Below, one piece after another: positions 40,565 to 51,293 of a stretch of DNA of 64,000 nucleotides; within the stretch, counting starts at the first letter, position 1, and every line of letters begins with the position of its first letter. The notes under the pieces are model-generated. The model had not been told where the DNA came from and made no database searches. It saw only the letters and a program-made list of their open reading frames with translations. The DNA lies in NCBI GenBank assembly GCA_963803435.1, contig CAWDML010000001.1, positions 1,568,001 through 1,632,000 on the forward strand. Direction: 5' to 3'. The stretch comes from an uncultured delta proteobacterium. Lineage in GTDB: Bacteria > Myxococcota > Kuafuiibacteriia > Kuafuiibacteriales > Kuafuiibacteriaceae. The position numbers and the translations under genes were made by a program.

Positions 40565-42283
40565 GTGTCGGTGGATACGGGCCACGTCCAGCGCTTCGAA
40601 GCGTCGGCGCGTGCGCTGGACCGGCTGATCGCCGAGCAGGCCGCGTCGAGCAGGGTGCAGGTTGGGCTCGAATCGTTGACGAAGATGCTGATCGAGCGGA
40701 TGCGGCCGACCGGAGGGCGGGCGGTGACGCTTGGGCCGGGCGACGTCTCGGCGCTCGAAGAGGCTGCGCGCGAGCGAGGGCCCGAGGTGGAGGCGGCGTT
40801 CAAGCAGCTCCTCTCCTCGGCGCTGACGGGCACGGTCGAAACGGGTGCGGGCAAGGTGCCGCTGCTGCTCCTCGACGAGGGGGCGCGGGCGCAGCTGGCG
40901 GGTTTTGCGGGGGCCAGCGCAATCACGGATCAGACCGTGCGCGGAGGGCTGGAGGCGACGGCCGACGGCGACGGGCCGCGGATCAAGACCCGCACGACCG
41001 GAACGCTGCTGCAGCTCGAGCGCTACCGGATGGAGGGGCTCGACGGGAAGGCACGTGGAGGCCGGAGCCCGACGAAGCCGAGCGATGTCGGCCTGGTGGG
41101 CGCCGGGATCCGCGAGGTGGCCCAGCAGGCGGGATCGTCACCGTCGGTGGCGATGGAGACGCTCGAGGCGCTGGGGCCGCGGATCGATCAGGCGGTGTCG
41201 TCGGTCGGCGTCGCGCTGTGGAAGGACGAGCACGTTCGGGGCTCGCTCCTCAAGCTGGTCACGGATCCTGCCCGCGCGAAGGAGCTACTCCCGGTGCTGT
41301 GCAAGGACACGGGCAGCGCGCTCTCGACCGTGCTCGGCTGCAAGCTCGTCAACGAGGAGGTCGTGCGGGGTGGGCTCCACCTCCTGCCCTCGATCGGAAA
41401 GCGCCTCGGCATCGAAGGGATCGAGCAGGCCACCGCCAACATCGGCAAGGTGCTGGTCAAGGAGGGCGCCGAAGAGGCCGTGAAGGTCGGCGCCAAGCAA
41501 GGCGTGAAGAAGGGCGTGATGGGCCTGCTCAGCACCATCCCGCTCGCCAACGTGGTGCCGATGCTCTTCACGGGCGCCGAGATGCTCGCCGAGCTCACCA
41601 AGGCGCCGCCGGACAAGCGGACCCTGACAAAGGGCGTCACCACGTTTGCGCTCCAGGTGGGCGCCCTCGCCTTTCCGCCCCTGGGCCTGGCGGCCACCGC
41701 GGTCGACCTCACCGGCAGCGTGGCGATCGGGGTGGCCAAAGGCCAGGAGGCCGGCCTGGACCGGAACGAGCGGCGGTCGGTCGCCGGTGAGGCGATCGCG
41801 CGGCACGGCGAGCGCGACCACGACATGACGCAGGCGATCGGCACGAACGCCGACCTCTGCTCGCAAGCGCTGACCGCGATGGAGCGCTCCTTCCGCGAGC
41901 TCGGGTCCAGGGATGCCGCCGAGCGGGCGAAGACGCTGGCGGGTCGGGCTGCGGAGCTGATGAAGAATCCAGAGGACGAGGAGGGCGCGCGGCAGCTCCA
42001 CCGCGACATCGGGAGCTTCTCCTTCGAGACCCTCCTGCCCGAGCTGATCACCCGCGTGAAGCGACTCGGTCACGAGGACTCCGAGTCCGGATCGCACTGG
42101 AAGCTGATGGCGGACGGCCTGAGCCAGATCAACGCCTCAGCGATCGGCGTCCGGTCCGATCCCGAACGCAACGAGCCGAAGCTCAAGATGTTGATTCAAG
42201 GCATCCTCAAGACCGGTATCGCCGGGAGCGCGCTGGTCGGAGAGCCGGTTCACCCGGCCCAGGTCGTCGAGCGCGAAGCCTGA
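40565..42283 (+). CDS. Hypothetical helical protein with central hydrophobic segments (start uncertain)
   Basis: Long ORF with coding-like codon bias; its stop overlaps the NUDIX start (TGATG). Confidence 0.72.
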   Translation: MSVDTGHVQRFEASARALDRLIAEQAASSRVQVGLESLTKMLIERMRPTGGRAVTLGPGDVSALEEAARERGPEVEAAFKQLLSSALTGTVETGAGKVPLLLLDEGARAQLAGFAGASAITDQTVRGGLEATADGDGPRIKTRTTGTLLQLERYRMEGLDGKARGGRSPTKPSDVGLVGAGIREVAQQAGSSPSVAMETLEALGPRIDQAVSSVGVALWKDEHVRGSLLKLVTDPARAKELLPVLCKDTGSALSTVLGCKLVNEEVVRGGLHLLPSIGKRLGIEGIEQATANIGKVLVKEGAEEAVKVGAKQGVKKGVMGLLSTIPLANVVPMLFTGAEMLAELTKAPPDKRTLTKGVTTFALQVGALAFPPLGLAATAVDLTGSVAIGVAKGQEAGLDRNERRSVAGEAIARHGERDHDMTQAIGTNADLCSQALTAMERSFRELGSRDAAERAKTLAGRAAELMKNPEDEEGARQLHRDIGSFSFETLLPELITRVKRLGHEDSESGSHWKLMADGLSQINASAIGVRSDPERNEPKLKMLIQGILKTGIAGSALVGEPVHPAQVVEREA

Positions 42284-42753
42284 TGAGCGCGATCGATCTC
42301 GGGTTCCGGAGCGCCTACCGAGTCGCGCATCGCCTGCTGCGAGCCTGGTGGTTCGTCCGGCGGCCCCGCACCGCGGGCGCGCTGATCGCGATCTGGAACG
42401 AAGGCCAGCTGCTCCTGGTACGCAACTCGTACCGTCGCCAGTACACGCTCCCGGGCGGCTACGTGCGCAAGAGCGAGACGGCCAGCCAGGCGGCGGCGCG
42501 CGAGCTCCTCGAGGAGGTGGGCCTCGAGATCCCGGAGGAGCGCTTCCGCCCCGCGTTCGAGGGGGAGCTGCCGTTCGAGTTCCGGCGGGACTTCCTCACG
42601 ATCGTCGAGCTCGAGGTCGATCAGCGACCGGAGATCCACGTCGACAACCGCGAGGTCATCTGGGCGGGCTGGAAGAGCCCGGAGCAGGTCCTCCGCATGG
42701 ACGTGGTCCCCCACGTGGTGGACTACCTGCGGACCCGGCTCACACCAGGATAG
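42283..42753 (+). CDS. NUDIX hydrolase
   Basis: Nudix box PGGYVRKSETASQAAARELLEEVG. Confidence 0.92.
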   Translation: MSAIDLGFRSAYRVAHRLLRAWWFVRRPRTAGALIAIWNEGQLLLVRNSYRRQYTLPGGYVRKSETASQAAARELLEEVGLEIPEERFRPAFEGELPFEFRRDFLTIVELEVDQRPEIHVDNREVIWAGWKSPEQVLRMDVVPHVVDYLRTRLTPG

Positions 42754-44530
42754 CGCCGCTCGTGGGGACGATCGGCTGATCGCCGAGCACGGTGTCGTTG
42801 AAAGATCTCCGCTCGTCGGAGATCTCGGCCACCAGCTCGAGGATCTGCGGGTGCGTCATGATCACCTCGTCGAAGTTCTTCTTGCTGAGCCGGAGCACCA
42901 GGCAGTCCGTCTCCGCAGTGATGCTGGCGGTGATCGGCGAGTTCGTCAGCAGCGACATCTCACCGAAGACGTCGCCGGGGCCGAGCTCCGCGAGCGCCAC
43001 CTCCTGTCCGTCGTCCTTGATCGTGACCACGCTCAGCTTGCCGTTGAGGAGCAGGAACAGACCCGAGCCCTTCTTGCCCTGGCGCAGGAGGACCTCGTCC
43101 TTCTTGAAGCTCTTGCTCTTGAACATCTCCATCAGCGAGCGCCGCTGCTCGGCGTCGAACGGAGAGAAGAGCGGATGCGTCGCCATCACCGTCGAGAGCA
43201 GGCGCTGCTTGTAGAAGTTGCGGAGGATGTTGGCGACGCTGGGAAACGACGCCACCACGCGATCCAGCACGGCCCTACTGATCTCGAAGATCTGGCTCTC
43301 GTCCTCCACGATCACGCTGGCGGTACGGGCGCCGTCCTGGAGGAGCGCCATCTCCCCGAAGAAGGCGCCGTCGGTCAGATAGGCCAGCGAGATCTCTGCG
43401 CCGGTCTCGCTGGTTCGGACCACCCTCACCCGGCCGGTGGCGATGACGAAGAAAGAGTCGCCCACCTCCCCTTCCCGGATCACGTACTCGCCGGGGACCA
43501 TCTCGCGCATCTCCATCTGCACCAGCAGCTCGATGAACGCGCTCTTCGGAAGCTCCGAGAACAGCGGGATCTGAGGTCGCTCGAGCGCCTCGGCCAGGTC
43601 GTCGGTGGCCTCGACCACGCGCTGGGTCAGCTCGATCGGGGCTGCCTCCCGCACGTCCGACGGCGCATCATCGACCGCCAGCGTCTCCGCCACCTCCTCG
43701 ACGACCCGCCTCACCTCGAGCAGCTCCTGGGTGTCGAGGTTCTCGACCTTGATGACGCCGTCCCAGGTCTCCTCCACGTTGCCCGGCTTGGGCCGATCGA
43801 GCTCGATGACCTCCTCGGACCGCTCATCGGCGAAATCGATGGGCTCGTCGCCCATCTCGCTCAGGAGCGAGTCAATCTCCCGCGACGTATCGCTGGCCAA
43901 GAGCTCGACCGCCGAGTCGAGCGAGCGCGGCTCTTCCAGCATGACCTCGCCGACCGTGATGTCCAGGACCGAGTCCTCGATCGACTCCTCCTGAACGGGC
44001 GCGGTCACCGGCCACGCCATCATCGGCGCCGAGGTCTCGCGCGGCGGCCACTGCGCAGGCGGGGGCTCGGCCGGCGCCGGCTCGGGGGCTCGCCGGCGCG
44101 CCTCGCCGTGCGTCCGCTCCACCTCCGGCTCGCCGTCGACCTCGGGGAGCTCGATCGGTCCCGGCATGTTGCCGAGCGCGCGCGGGGGGAGCGGCATCCG
44201 CGTCGGCGTGCGCCGCTTCGAGTACAGATCAGCGAGCATGTCCTGGGTGATCGTGTGGCGAGGGTCGACGCTCAGGATCATCTTGCATACGGCGATCGAC
44301 TTGAGGAGCAGACCGTCCTCGGCGTATGCGCGCGCCACCGGAGAGTAGGCCTTCACCGCCGCCGGGCCGTTCCCGAGCTTGCGGTAGAGATCGCCGATCT
44401 TGATCCGGCACTGAAGCTCGGACGGATCCTGCGCGACGATCTCCTCGTAGACCTTCAGCGCCTCCTTGAGCTTCCCCTCGGCGTACAGCTTCGAAGCTCG
44501 ATCCTTGAGCTTCCTCTCCCGATCGGTCAT
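42740..44530 (-). CDS. TPR + acidic linker + two cyclic-nucleotide-binding domains
   Basis: Start MTDRERKLKD at 44530; TPR-like N-terminus; FFGEMALLQDGARTAS and VFGEMSLLTNSPITAS. Confidence 0.9.
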   Translation of the reverse strand: MTDRERKLKDRASKLYAEGKLKEALKVYEEIVAQDPSELQCRIKIGDLYRKLGNGPAAVKAYSPVARAYAEDGLLLKSIAVCKMILSVDPRHTITQDMLADLYSKRRTPTRMPLPPRALGNMPGPIELPEVDGEPEVERTHGEARRRAPEPAPAEPPPAQWPPRETSAPMMAWPVTAPVQEESIEDSVLDITVGEVMLEEPRSLDSAVELLASDTSREIDSLLSEMGDEPIDFADERSEEVIELDRPKPGNVEETWDGVIKVENLDTQELLEVRRVVEEVAETLAVDDAPSDVREAAPIELTQRVVEATDDLAEALERPQIPLFSELPKSAFIELLVQMEMREMVPGEYVIREGEVGDSFFVIATGRVRVVRTSETGAEISLAYLTDGAFFGEMALLQDGARTASVIVEDESQIFEISRAVLDRVVASFPSVANILRNFYKQRLLSTVMATHPLFSPFDAEQRRSLMEMFKSKSFKKDEVLLRQGKKGSGLFLLLNGKLSVVTIKDDGQEVALAELGPGDVFGEMSLLTNSPITASITAETDCLVLRLSKKNFDEVIMTHPQILELVAEISDERRSFNDTVLGDQPIVPTSGAILV

Positions 44531-46087
44531 CCCCCGCGCCTCGAGCTTCCGATGTCGTGCGGAAGCGTGCCGGCGACCGTGCGCGCGAGCTGGGTCGACA
44601 GATCCACCACCAGCGCGGCCGCCGCCGGACGCGCCTGATCGGGACGAACCGGGACCTGCTCGCGCCCCTCGTAGCGGTGCAGACGATCCCTGGCCCATCG
44701 GCCCTCGGGAGCGGTCTCCGGCGGCATCGCTTCGACCGCGGCCTTCGCCGCGTACAGGTCGCCCCGGACGATCATCGCGAGCGCCCGGGCGCGTCGGACC
44801 ACCCAGGTCAGATCGCCGGCGCGATCGATCGCCGTCTGGCTCGGCGCCTCTCCCTCCGCGGCCGCGATGATCGCGCGAAGGACGCCCCGCACCGGTGGGA
44901 AGAGCGGGTCGAACACCGACGCCTCGAGCGCATAGGTGAGCGTGCGATCGTCGGGCGGAATCGGCATCGGCATCGTGGTGGCGCTGTGCGCGCGCACGTC
45001 GAGGCCGAGGATCCAGCCGTCCCGACCAAACCGCTCGTGCGCGCGACGGCGCGCCTGGTTCCACTCCTTCAGCAGCGCCTCCGGGATGGGCGACACGTCG
45101 TCGCTCCAGTGGGGAGGGCGCGGCACCAGATCGTCGAGCGCCGGCGGCTCGGGCAGGAAGGAGGGGATCGAGACGCTCCTCGACGATCTCGAGGACGTCC
45201 TCCTCGTCGCGATCGTCTTCGAGGTCGACCTCCTCCTCCACGGCGCCGTCCGTCTGATCGTTCCAGTCCTCCGGCGAGGGGCTTCGCGGTTCCATCGGCG
45301 GGCGCAGCATCATGCCGTCCTCGTCGAGAATCGCGGGCTCGCCGCGTCCGAGCGCCCACTGCGACGCCGCCAGCTCGGTGATGGTCTTGAGCGCGATCGT
45401 GGGGGCTCGATCCCCGAACAGCTCGACCACGCGATCGGGGCGCCCGAGGGCCATCGCCGCCACCGCCGAGGCGAAGTCGGTCCCCAGCTCCTTCGGGGGC
45501 AGGACCGGCATGATCGCGCGGGCGGCCTCCATCAGCGTGCACGTGGAGGCCAGGCGCAGCAGGCAGCGCGGGCTGACCGCGACCTGGGAGAGCGCTCGGT
45601 CGCGTTCGGCCCGGGTCAATGTCTTCTCGGCCAGACCGGCCAGCGTCGAGGTGTCGATGCCGTCCCGCTCGCCGCGGAAGCCGGAGGGGACGCCCTTCCA
45701 GTCGCCGAGCACCGAGAGGGCCGTCGCGTCGGGGACCCCGTGGTCGGTGATCCCGGCGAATACCCCGTCACGCCGCAACGGCTCGTGCCGGAGCGCGTGG
45801 CTCCCGCTGGGCACCAGTCCGACCGCGACCCGCGCCACCAGGTAGGCGCCCAGGCTGGAGTGGAGCCCGTAGCCGGAGAGCGGGTCGCGCGGCCAGAGCG
45901 TCGCCTCGATGGCTGCGACCCGCGCCTCGAACTCCTCGACGACGGCGTCGCGCTCCACGGCGATCGAGTGGGCCGCCAGGGCCCGCGCCAGCTCGTGCGC
46001 TTCGGTCCGCGCGCGCTGGGTGGCTTCTTCTTCACGGGCGCCGATTCCGGGCCAGTCGAAGGGGCTAGGCGTGCTGGCGATCTGCAT
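44527..46087 (-). CDS. Hypothetical protein, frameshift in a homopolymer near 45163
   Basis: EERLDP continues as SFLPEPPALDDLVPRPPHW after removing one base; ATGA overlap with the next gene. Confidence 0.7.
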
Positions 46088-46116
46088 CGAGCTTGCGATG
46101 CTAGACCAACCCTGAC

Positions 46117-46758
46117 CTACATGGAACGCTTCTTGGGTCGCAAGGATTCGGACGCCTGACGGCGATCCTCGGGCGTCTCGGCGTCCTCTTTGGGCTCGCC
46201 CTCATCCTTGGCCTCGGCCGGTTCGGCGGCGTCAGGCTCGCTCTCTTCCTTCTGCCGGAAACGCTCGAGCGTCTCCATGCTGAAGGCTTCCTTCCCCTCC
46301 TTCACGGCGTCCCGGAAGATCTTCTTGAGCTCGTCGCGGGAGAGGTGGGGGTTGTCGAAGTACGCCATCGAGACGCGTCCGAGGCCCCAGGTGAGCGCGA
46401 AGGTCATCGGGGCGGCGATGACGCCGCCGAGCGCCGGGAGCACCAGCTTCCGCAGCGCCGACACCGCCGCGCGGCCCGCCAGCGACAGGCCGGCGACGGC
46501 GCCGAGCTCGAGGACCACGCGCTTGGCCTCGGTCTTGGTGACCGGACGACCGAAGATGTGGCCGATCGTCATGACCATCGTGGTGTGGATCGGGATGAGG
46601 ATCGCCATCTCCGCCAGCGGGATGGGCACGACCGAGGCGGCGGCACCCCCGTAGCTCGACATGGTGACCACGGTTCGCGCCGCTTTGAGGCGCTCCTCGG
46701 GGGTGGCCTCGCTCCAGTCCTTCTTCCGAATCTGCGCGAGCGTGTCGAGCCAGGACAT
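46117..46758 (-). CDS. DUF697/YcjF-like membrane-associated protein
   Basis: AASVVPIPLAE...IHTTMV..IG.IFG and PALGGVIAA..TFALTWGLG. Confidence 0.75.
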   Translation of the reverse strand: MSWLDTLAQIRKKDWSEATPEERLKAARTVVTMSSYGGAAASVVPIPLAEMAILIPIHTTMVMTIGHIFGRPVTKTEAKRVVLELGAVAGLSLAGRAAVSALRKLVLPALGGVIAAPMTFALTWGLGRVSMAYFDNPHLSRDELKKIFRDAVKEGKEAFSMETLERFRQKEESEPDAAEPAEAKDEGEPKEDAETPEDRRQASESLRPKKRSM

Positions 46759-46765
46759 CCGGTTC

Positions 46766-47491
46766 CTAGAACGTGTACTTGATCGGAATGGTTCCGCTCA
46801 AGCCAGGGATGAACTCGCCGTTCACGATGGCCCCGACGAACCCCGCCTGGATCCCGATCGAGAAGTCGTTGAGCAGCGTGTACAGCTCGACGCCGAACTG
46901 GCCCCCCACCACCGGCGCAAAAACCGCCTTGCCGGCATTCGGATCGTCGGCGGTGAGCGTGGGGTCGGGCGTGACGAAGCCGGCACCGCCGTGGAGCTTG
47001 AGCGTGAGGCCAAACCGCTCCGTGACCAGGAAGCCGAGGTCGATGGCCGCACCGATCTCCTGGATGCTGTAGTCGTTGCTCTTCGTGTTGGCCGCGGAGC
47101 CCTCGGTCACGTCCGCGCGACCGGCCCCGCCGTTGAGGCCCATCGCCAGCCGGAGCCCGAGCGCGAGATCGAAGCTCGAGGTGCTGAAGACGTCGTAGCC
47201 GAACGTCGCGCCGATGTACGGCTGCAGGTTCGAGGTACTGCGACTGTTGAGCTCCACGCTGTTCGTGTTGACGCCGCCGAGCGTGACGAACACGCCGAGA
47301 TCGCCCACCGCGAAGAAGCCGCGTCGAATGACATACTCGGTCTTCGTCTCGGAGCCGTCTTTGGCGGCACCCTCGGCGCTCGCCTTCGGCGCGTCCGACT
47401 TCTTCTTGGCGCTGTCGTCTTCTTTCTGGGCGAACGCTCGCGCTGAGGAGAGCGCGAGCACGCTGATCAAAGCGATCGAGAGGGGCCGCAT
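46766..47491 (-). CDS. gltH: Outer-membrane beta-barrel, GltH/CglE-like
   Basis: Signal peptide, IRRGFF motif, amphipathic strands, terminal KYTF; directly follows gltG. Confidence 0.7.
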   Translation of the reverse strand: MRPLSIALISVLALSSARAFAQKEDDSAKKKSDAPKASAEGAAKDGSETKTEYVIRRGFFAVGDLGVFVTLGGVNTNSVELNSRSTSNLQPYIGATFGYDVFSTSSFDLALGLRLAMGLNGGAGRADVTEGSAANTKSNDYSIQEIGAAIDLGFLVTERFGLTLKLHGGAGFVTPDPTLTADDPNAGKAVFAPVVGGQFGVELYTLLNDFSIGIQAGFVGAIVNGEFIPGLSGTIPIKYTF

Positions 47492-47557
47492 TTTCGCGGG
47501 GAAGCTAACACGCCATCCGGCGGAAAGCTCAAGAAGAATTCCTGGGAGGCGGTCGGA

Positions 47558-49474
47558 CTAGGTCGACGCGAAGACGAACGGATAGGTGACCACCACGATG
47601 CCGCCGCCGCGGGGCTTCGGGAACTTCAGCGAGCGCATCACGGTGAGGACGCAGCTCTCGACGTTCTGGTCGTTCATCGACGTCTCACGCACCGAGGCCT
47701 GCGCCACCGCGCCGGTCGGAGCGATCGTGAAGTACACCGAGATCTTGCCGGACAGGTTCGGATTCGCGTTCAGCTGCTTCTCGTAGCAGTACTTGAACCG
47801 TGCCAGGTTGCGCCGGATGACCCGGCCGATCTCTTCCTTGCTCAGCGACCCCTGGATGATGGTCCGGCCGGGGAGGATCCGCGTGGTGCCCTTCCCGCGA
47901 CCGCCGAGGTCGATGTTGCCGTAGCCGCCGGTGCCGCGGCCGCCGTGCGTGCCGAGACCGCCGATGCCGAGCGAGTTGCCACCGCCGCCCGCACCGGTGC
48001 CGCGGGTGCCGAGACCGCCGGCGCCGCCGGCATCACCCATCTCCGAGCCCCGCAGGCCGCCCATGGCGTTGTTGATGCCCGTGCCCAAGCCGCCGGGGCC
48101 GAAGACGTTCGAGACCGCGCCGCTGCCGGCCGAGCCCTTGAGGATACCCAGGAGGCCCGCGTTCATCGCGATCTTGCGGTCCTTCTCGCGCTTGTTCGGG
48201 TCGACGCGGGGCGCGCCCGCCTTCGACGCCAGCGCGTCCTTCTTGGGCAGCTCCTTCTTGCCGAACTTGCCCTCTTCGTCCTTGTGCTTGCCGCCGCCCT
48301 TCATGCCGGAGAGGTCGAGCTTCTTGTGCTTCTTCTCCTTCTCGGGGGCCTTGAGGATCATCTGGGCGAAGCGGTTCTGGTTCTTGAACAGCTCGTCGAC
48401 CAGCCCGTTCTCGGTGTTCGGCGTGATGAACGCCGCCACCACGAAAAAGATGTGGACGAGCGCGGAGATGGTGAAGACGCGCGGGAAGTACCAGTCCATC
48501 ACCGCGCCGCGACCCATGGCCGCGTTCCCGCGGGTGAACTGGACCAGATAGGTGAGCGTCCCGATCTTGACCGCGGCCCGATCGTTGAGCCCGATCCGTC
48601 CGCCCGGCAACTCGCGGGAGACCGGACCGTCGCCGCGGCGCATGGCCACCTTGGCGCCGCTCGGCACCACGATCTCGGCCTCGCCGCCGCGGTTGTAGGC
48701 GATGATGAACTTGTCGTTCTCGCCCTCGACCTCGAGGTCGGTCTGGCGCGAGTTCCCCATGAAGATGTTGAATCGACCGCCCGACCGGGGACCGACGGTG
48801 ACACCGCGAGGCTCGGCCACCTGGCAGGTGTCGACGACCGAGTCGCCCCACAGCGCCACGACCTCCAGCACCTTCTCTTGATCCGTCGCCTTCGACTGCG
48901 CACCCATGGGGCGCTGGAGCACCGAGAGATCGATGTCGTCGTCCTTCTTGATCACGTGCATGCCTGCGCTCTCGGGGCCGTGCCTTCCGTGGCCCTTCTT
49001 CTCCCGGATCACCTGAGTGCTCTGATCGACGTACGCGCGCGGAGCGGCCGGGGCCGGGGCTCTCGCCGGGGGCGGCGGCGCGGCCACGGTCTGCGGCTCG
49101 GGGGCCGCCGGACGCTGCGTGGTGGGCGCGGTGACATCGGTGTCCGCCAGCACGTGCGCCTTCTGGGGCGCGCCCAGCTGCGTGACCACGATCCGGGCCC
49201 CTCCGACCCCGATTCGATCGCCGACCCTCAGGGTGACCGGCTCGCTGACCGCGTGGCCGTTCACCGTGGTGCCGGCCTCGCTGCCGAGATCGATGATCGT
49301 GACGATGCCATCCGGCGTCACCTTGATGACCGCATGGATCGACGACACGCTCGGATCATCCAGCCGCAGGACCGCAGACGGTCCGCTGCCGATCAGAACG
49401 CTGTCGCTGTCGTGAACGGCATCGATGCTTCTGCCGTCTCGCAAGAGAATCTGGAGGCCGATCGTATATGACAC
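47558..49474 (-). CDS. gltG: GltG-like protein: FHA - TM - Gly-rich linker - TonB-C/AgmX-PglI domain
   Basis: N-terminal FHA, one TM helix, GLGTRGTG Gly-rich tract, YCYEKQL..NP.L.G...FP.P.GGG...VTYPFVF. Confidence 0.88.
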   Translation of the reverse strand: MSYTIGLQILLRDGRSIDAVHDSDSVLIGSGPSAVLRLDDPSVSSIHAVIKVTPDGIVTIIDLGSEAGTTVNGHAVSEPVTLRVGDRIGVGGARIVVTQLGAPQKAHVLADTDVTAPTTQRPAAPEPQTVAAPPPPARAPAPAAPRAYVDQSTQVIREKKGHGRHGPESAGMHVIKKDDDIDLSVLQRPMGAQSKATDQEKVLEVVALWGDSVVDTCQVAEPRGVTVGPRSGGRFNIFMGNSRQTDLEVEGENDKFIIAYNRGGEAEIVVPSGAKVAMRRGDGPVSRELPGGRIGLNDRAAVKIGTLTYLVQFTRGNAAMGRGAVMDWYFPRVFTISALVHIFFVVAAFITPNTENGLVDELFKNQNRFAQMILKAPEKEKKHKKLDLSGMKGGGKHKDEEGKFGKKELPKKDALASKAGAPRVDPNKREKDRKIAMNAGLLGILKGSAGSGAVSNVFGPGGLGTGINNAMGGLRGSEMGDAGGAGGLGTRGTGAGGGGNSLGIGGLGTHGGRGTGGYGNIDLGGRGKGTTRILPGRTIIQGSLSKEEIGRVIRRNLARFKYCYEKQLNANPNLSGKISVYFTIAPTGAVAQASVRETSMNDQNVESCVLTVMRSLKFPKPRGGGIVVVTYPFVFAST

Positions 49475-49502
49475 CTGTCTCGCTCCTGCGGCGCTCGGCG
49501 CC

Positions 49503-49787
49503 CTAGAGGTTGTCCGTCGAGTTGAACAGCTCGGGCAGGAAGTCGGTCCGCGTCTTCAGGAGGCTCCTGAAGTTGGTCTTCTTGCGATTGAGGAGATAGG
49601 AGCCCTCCGGCTTGGTGAGCTCGCCCTGAATGGTCACGTCGGAGAAGTCGATCACCGTCTTCTTCTTGAACGTGGTGACGTCGGCCTCACGCACGACGCC
49701 CTCGGTGGGCTCGTTCTGGGCGTAGGCCGCCGCGGACATTCCGGCCACAGCTCCTGCAAACGCAATCCCGAGAAGTACCTTCTTCAT
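49503..49787 (-). CDS. gltF: GltF/CglF-like small periplasmic protein
   Basis: Signal peptide; KKKTVIDFSDVTIQGELTKPEGSY...F.SL.K.R.DF.PEL..S.DNL. Confidence 0.88.
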   Translation of the reverse strand: MKKVLLGIAFAGAVAGMSAAAYAQNEPTEGVVREADVTTFKKKTVIDFSDVTIQGELTKPEGSYLLNRKKTNFRSLLKTRTDFLPELFNSTDNL

Positions 49788-49947
49788 CTTTCGCTCCGGC
49801 AGAACCGCTCCCGCCTTCCGTCGCTTGGACACGCCGAGGAGGAGCTGAGTTCCGACTTCTTCTCACCCTCGGCGTCACAGGCCCAATCGGTCAAGGGCCG
49901 GAGCGCACCGGAGGCATGATAATCCAAATGAGAACAGCTACTTATCG

Positions 49948-51283
49948 TCACTTTGGCGCGTCGCCACCTTCGGGGACTGGCGTCCCACCTTCCTCGGGCG
50001 CGGCCCCGTCGTCGGGTGGGGTGTCCCCCTCCGCGCCTTCGGCCGGCTGGTCCGTGAAGATTCTTGGAGGCGTCCGCGTCCTTGGCCGCCTTCTTCTCCT
50101 CCGGCGGCGGCTGGGCGGCCGCCTCCTGCTCCATCTTGATGGTCAGCTTGATGCCGTTGTAGCGGCCGCAGAAGCCCTCGACGTCCTGCTCGGTGCACGT
50201 CATCCCCTTGGCGCGCATGTACTCCTCGGCCTTCTGAAGGGCCTCCTGATTCTTCCCGGCGGACTGCAGCACGATGACCGTCTGGAGGGCGAGCTGCTCG
50301 TCCTCACTCGGATCCGCCACCGCCACCGCCGAGTTGGCCAGCTTCACCTTCTGCGCCATGGCCAGCTCGTCGGCGGCGCGGTCGAACTGCTGCAGGCCCT
50401 GGAGCGCGTAGCCGAGGCCCGCGTGGGCGTCGTAGCGATCCGGCCACGCCTTCACCACCACCTCGTACGCCTTGGACGCCAGCGCGTAGTCGCGGTGCGA
50501 GAGCGAGAGCGAGCCGATGTTGTAGTTCGCCACCACGTGCATCGGATCGAGCTCGATGGCCTTCTTGAAGGCGGCCATCGCCTTGCCGTTGTCCTTCGAC
50601 GCCAGGAAGACCATCCCCAGGTTCACGTAGATGTCCGGGTCTTCCTTCTTCTGCTTGGTGGCCATCTTGAGGGCGTTCTCGAGGATCGTCTGGGCGAGCT
50701 TGTACTGCTTCTGATCGTAGTAGACGAGCGCGAGGTTCTTGTAGGCGTCGATGTTGTTCTGATCGCGCATCAGGAGCTTGCGGATCGTCTTGATCGCGCC
50801 CTTGTAGTCCTTGTTGTTCCGCTGCAGCACCGACAGGTTGTTCAGGACGTCGGCGTTGTACTCGTCGGCCTTGAGCGCCCTGTTGTAGAGCTTGATCGCC
50901 TCTTCGGTCTTGTGCTCGTCCTTGAGGATCGCGCCCAGGTTCAGAGCGGCGCCGACGTCGTTCTCGTTCTTCGCGAGGATGCTCTGGTAGAGCTTCTTGG
51001 CCTCGTCCTTCTTGCCCATCCGGTGCAGCGTCACCGCCCGGTTGAAGGTGGCGACGTCGTCGCCCGGCTTGGCCGCCAGCACCTTGTCGTAGCTGGTCAG
51101 CGCCGCCGGATAGTCGCCCTTGGCGAACAGCTTGTTCGCCTCCTGCAGCATCTCCTCCGGCGTCCTCGCCTTGGCCGCCACGGGGGCGGTCGGCGGGGGC
51201 GGCGGCGGCGGCGGCGGCGTGCTGGCGCAGGCCGCGATCGTCGATGCGAGAAACGCGCTTCCCAGAATCTTCAGCGTGTTCAT
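49948..51283 (-). CDS. gltE: GltE/AglT-like TPR lipoprotein, frameshift near 50062
   Basis: Lipobox IAAC and multiple TPRs; corrected tail IFTDQPAEG...GDAPK stops at 49948; lies between gltD and gltF. Confidence 0.8.
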
Positions 51284-51293
51284 GGCCGTCCCC

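Noticed and set aside
42740-46087. 1115-aa ORF as a novel fusion protein
   Set aside because: Artefact of one indel near 45163; two genes with an ATGA overlap at 44527-44530 explain it.
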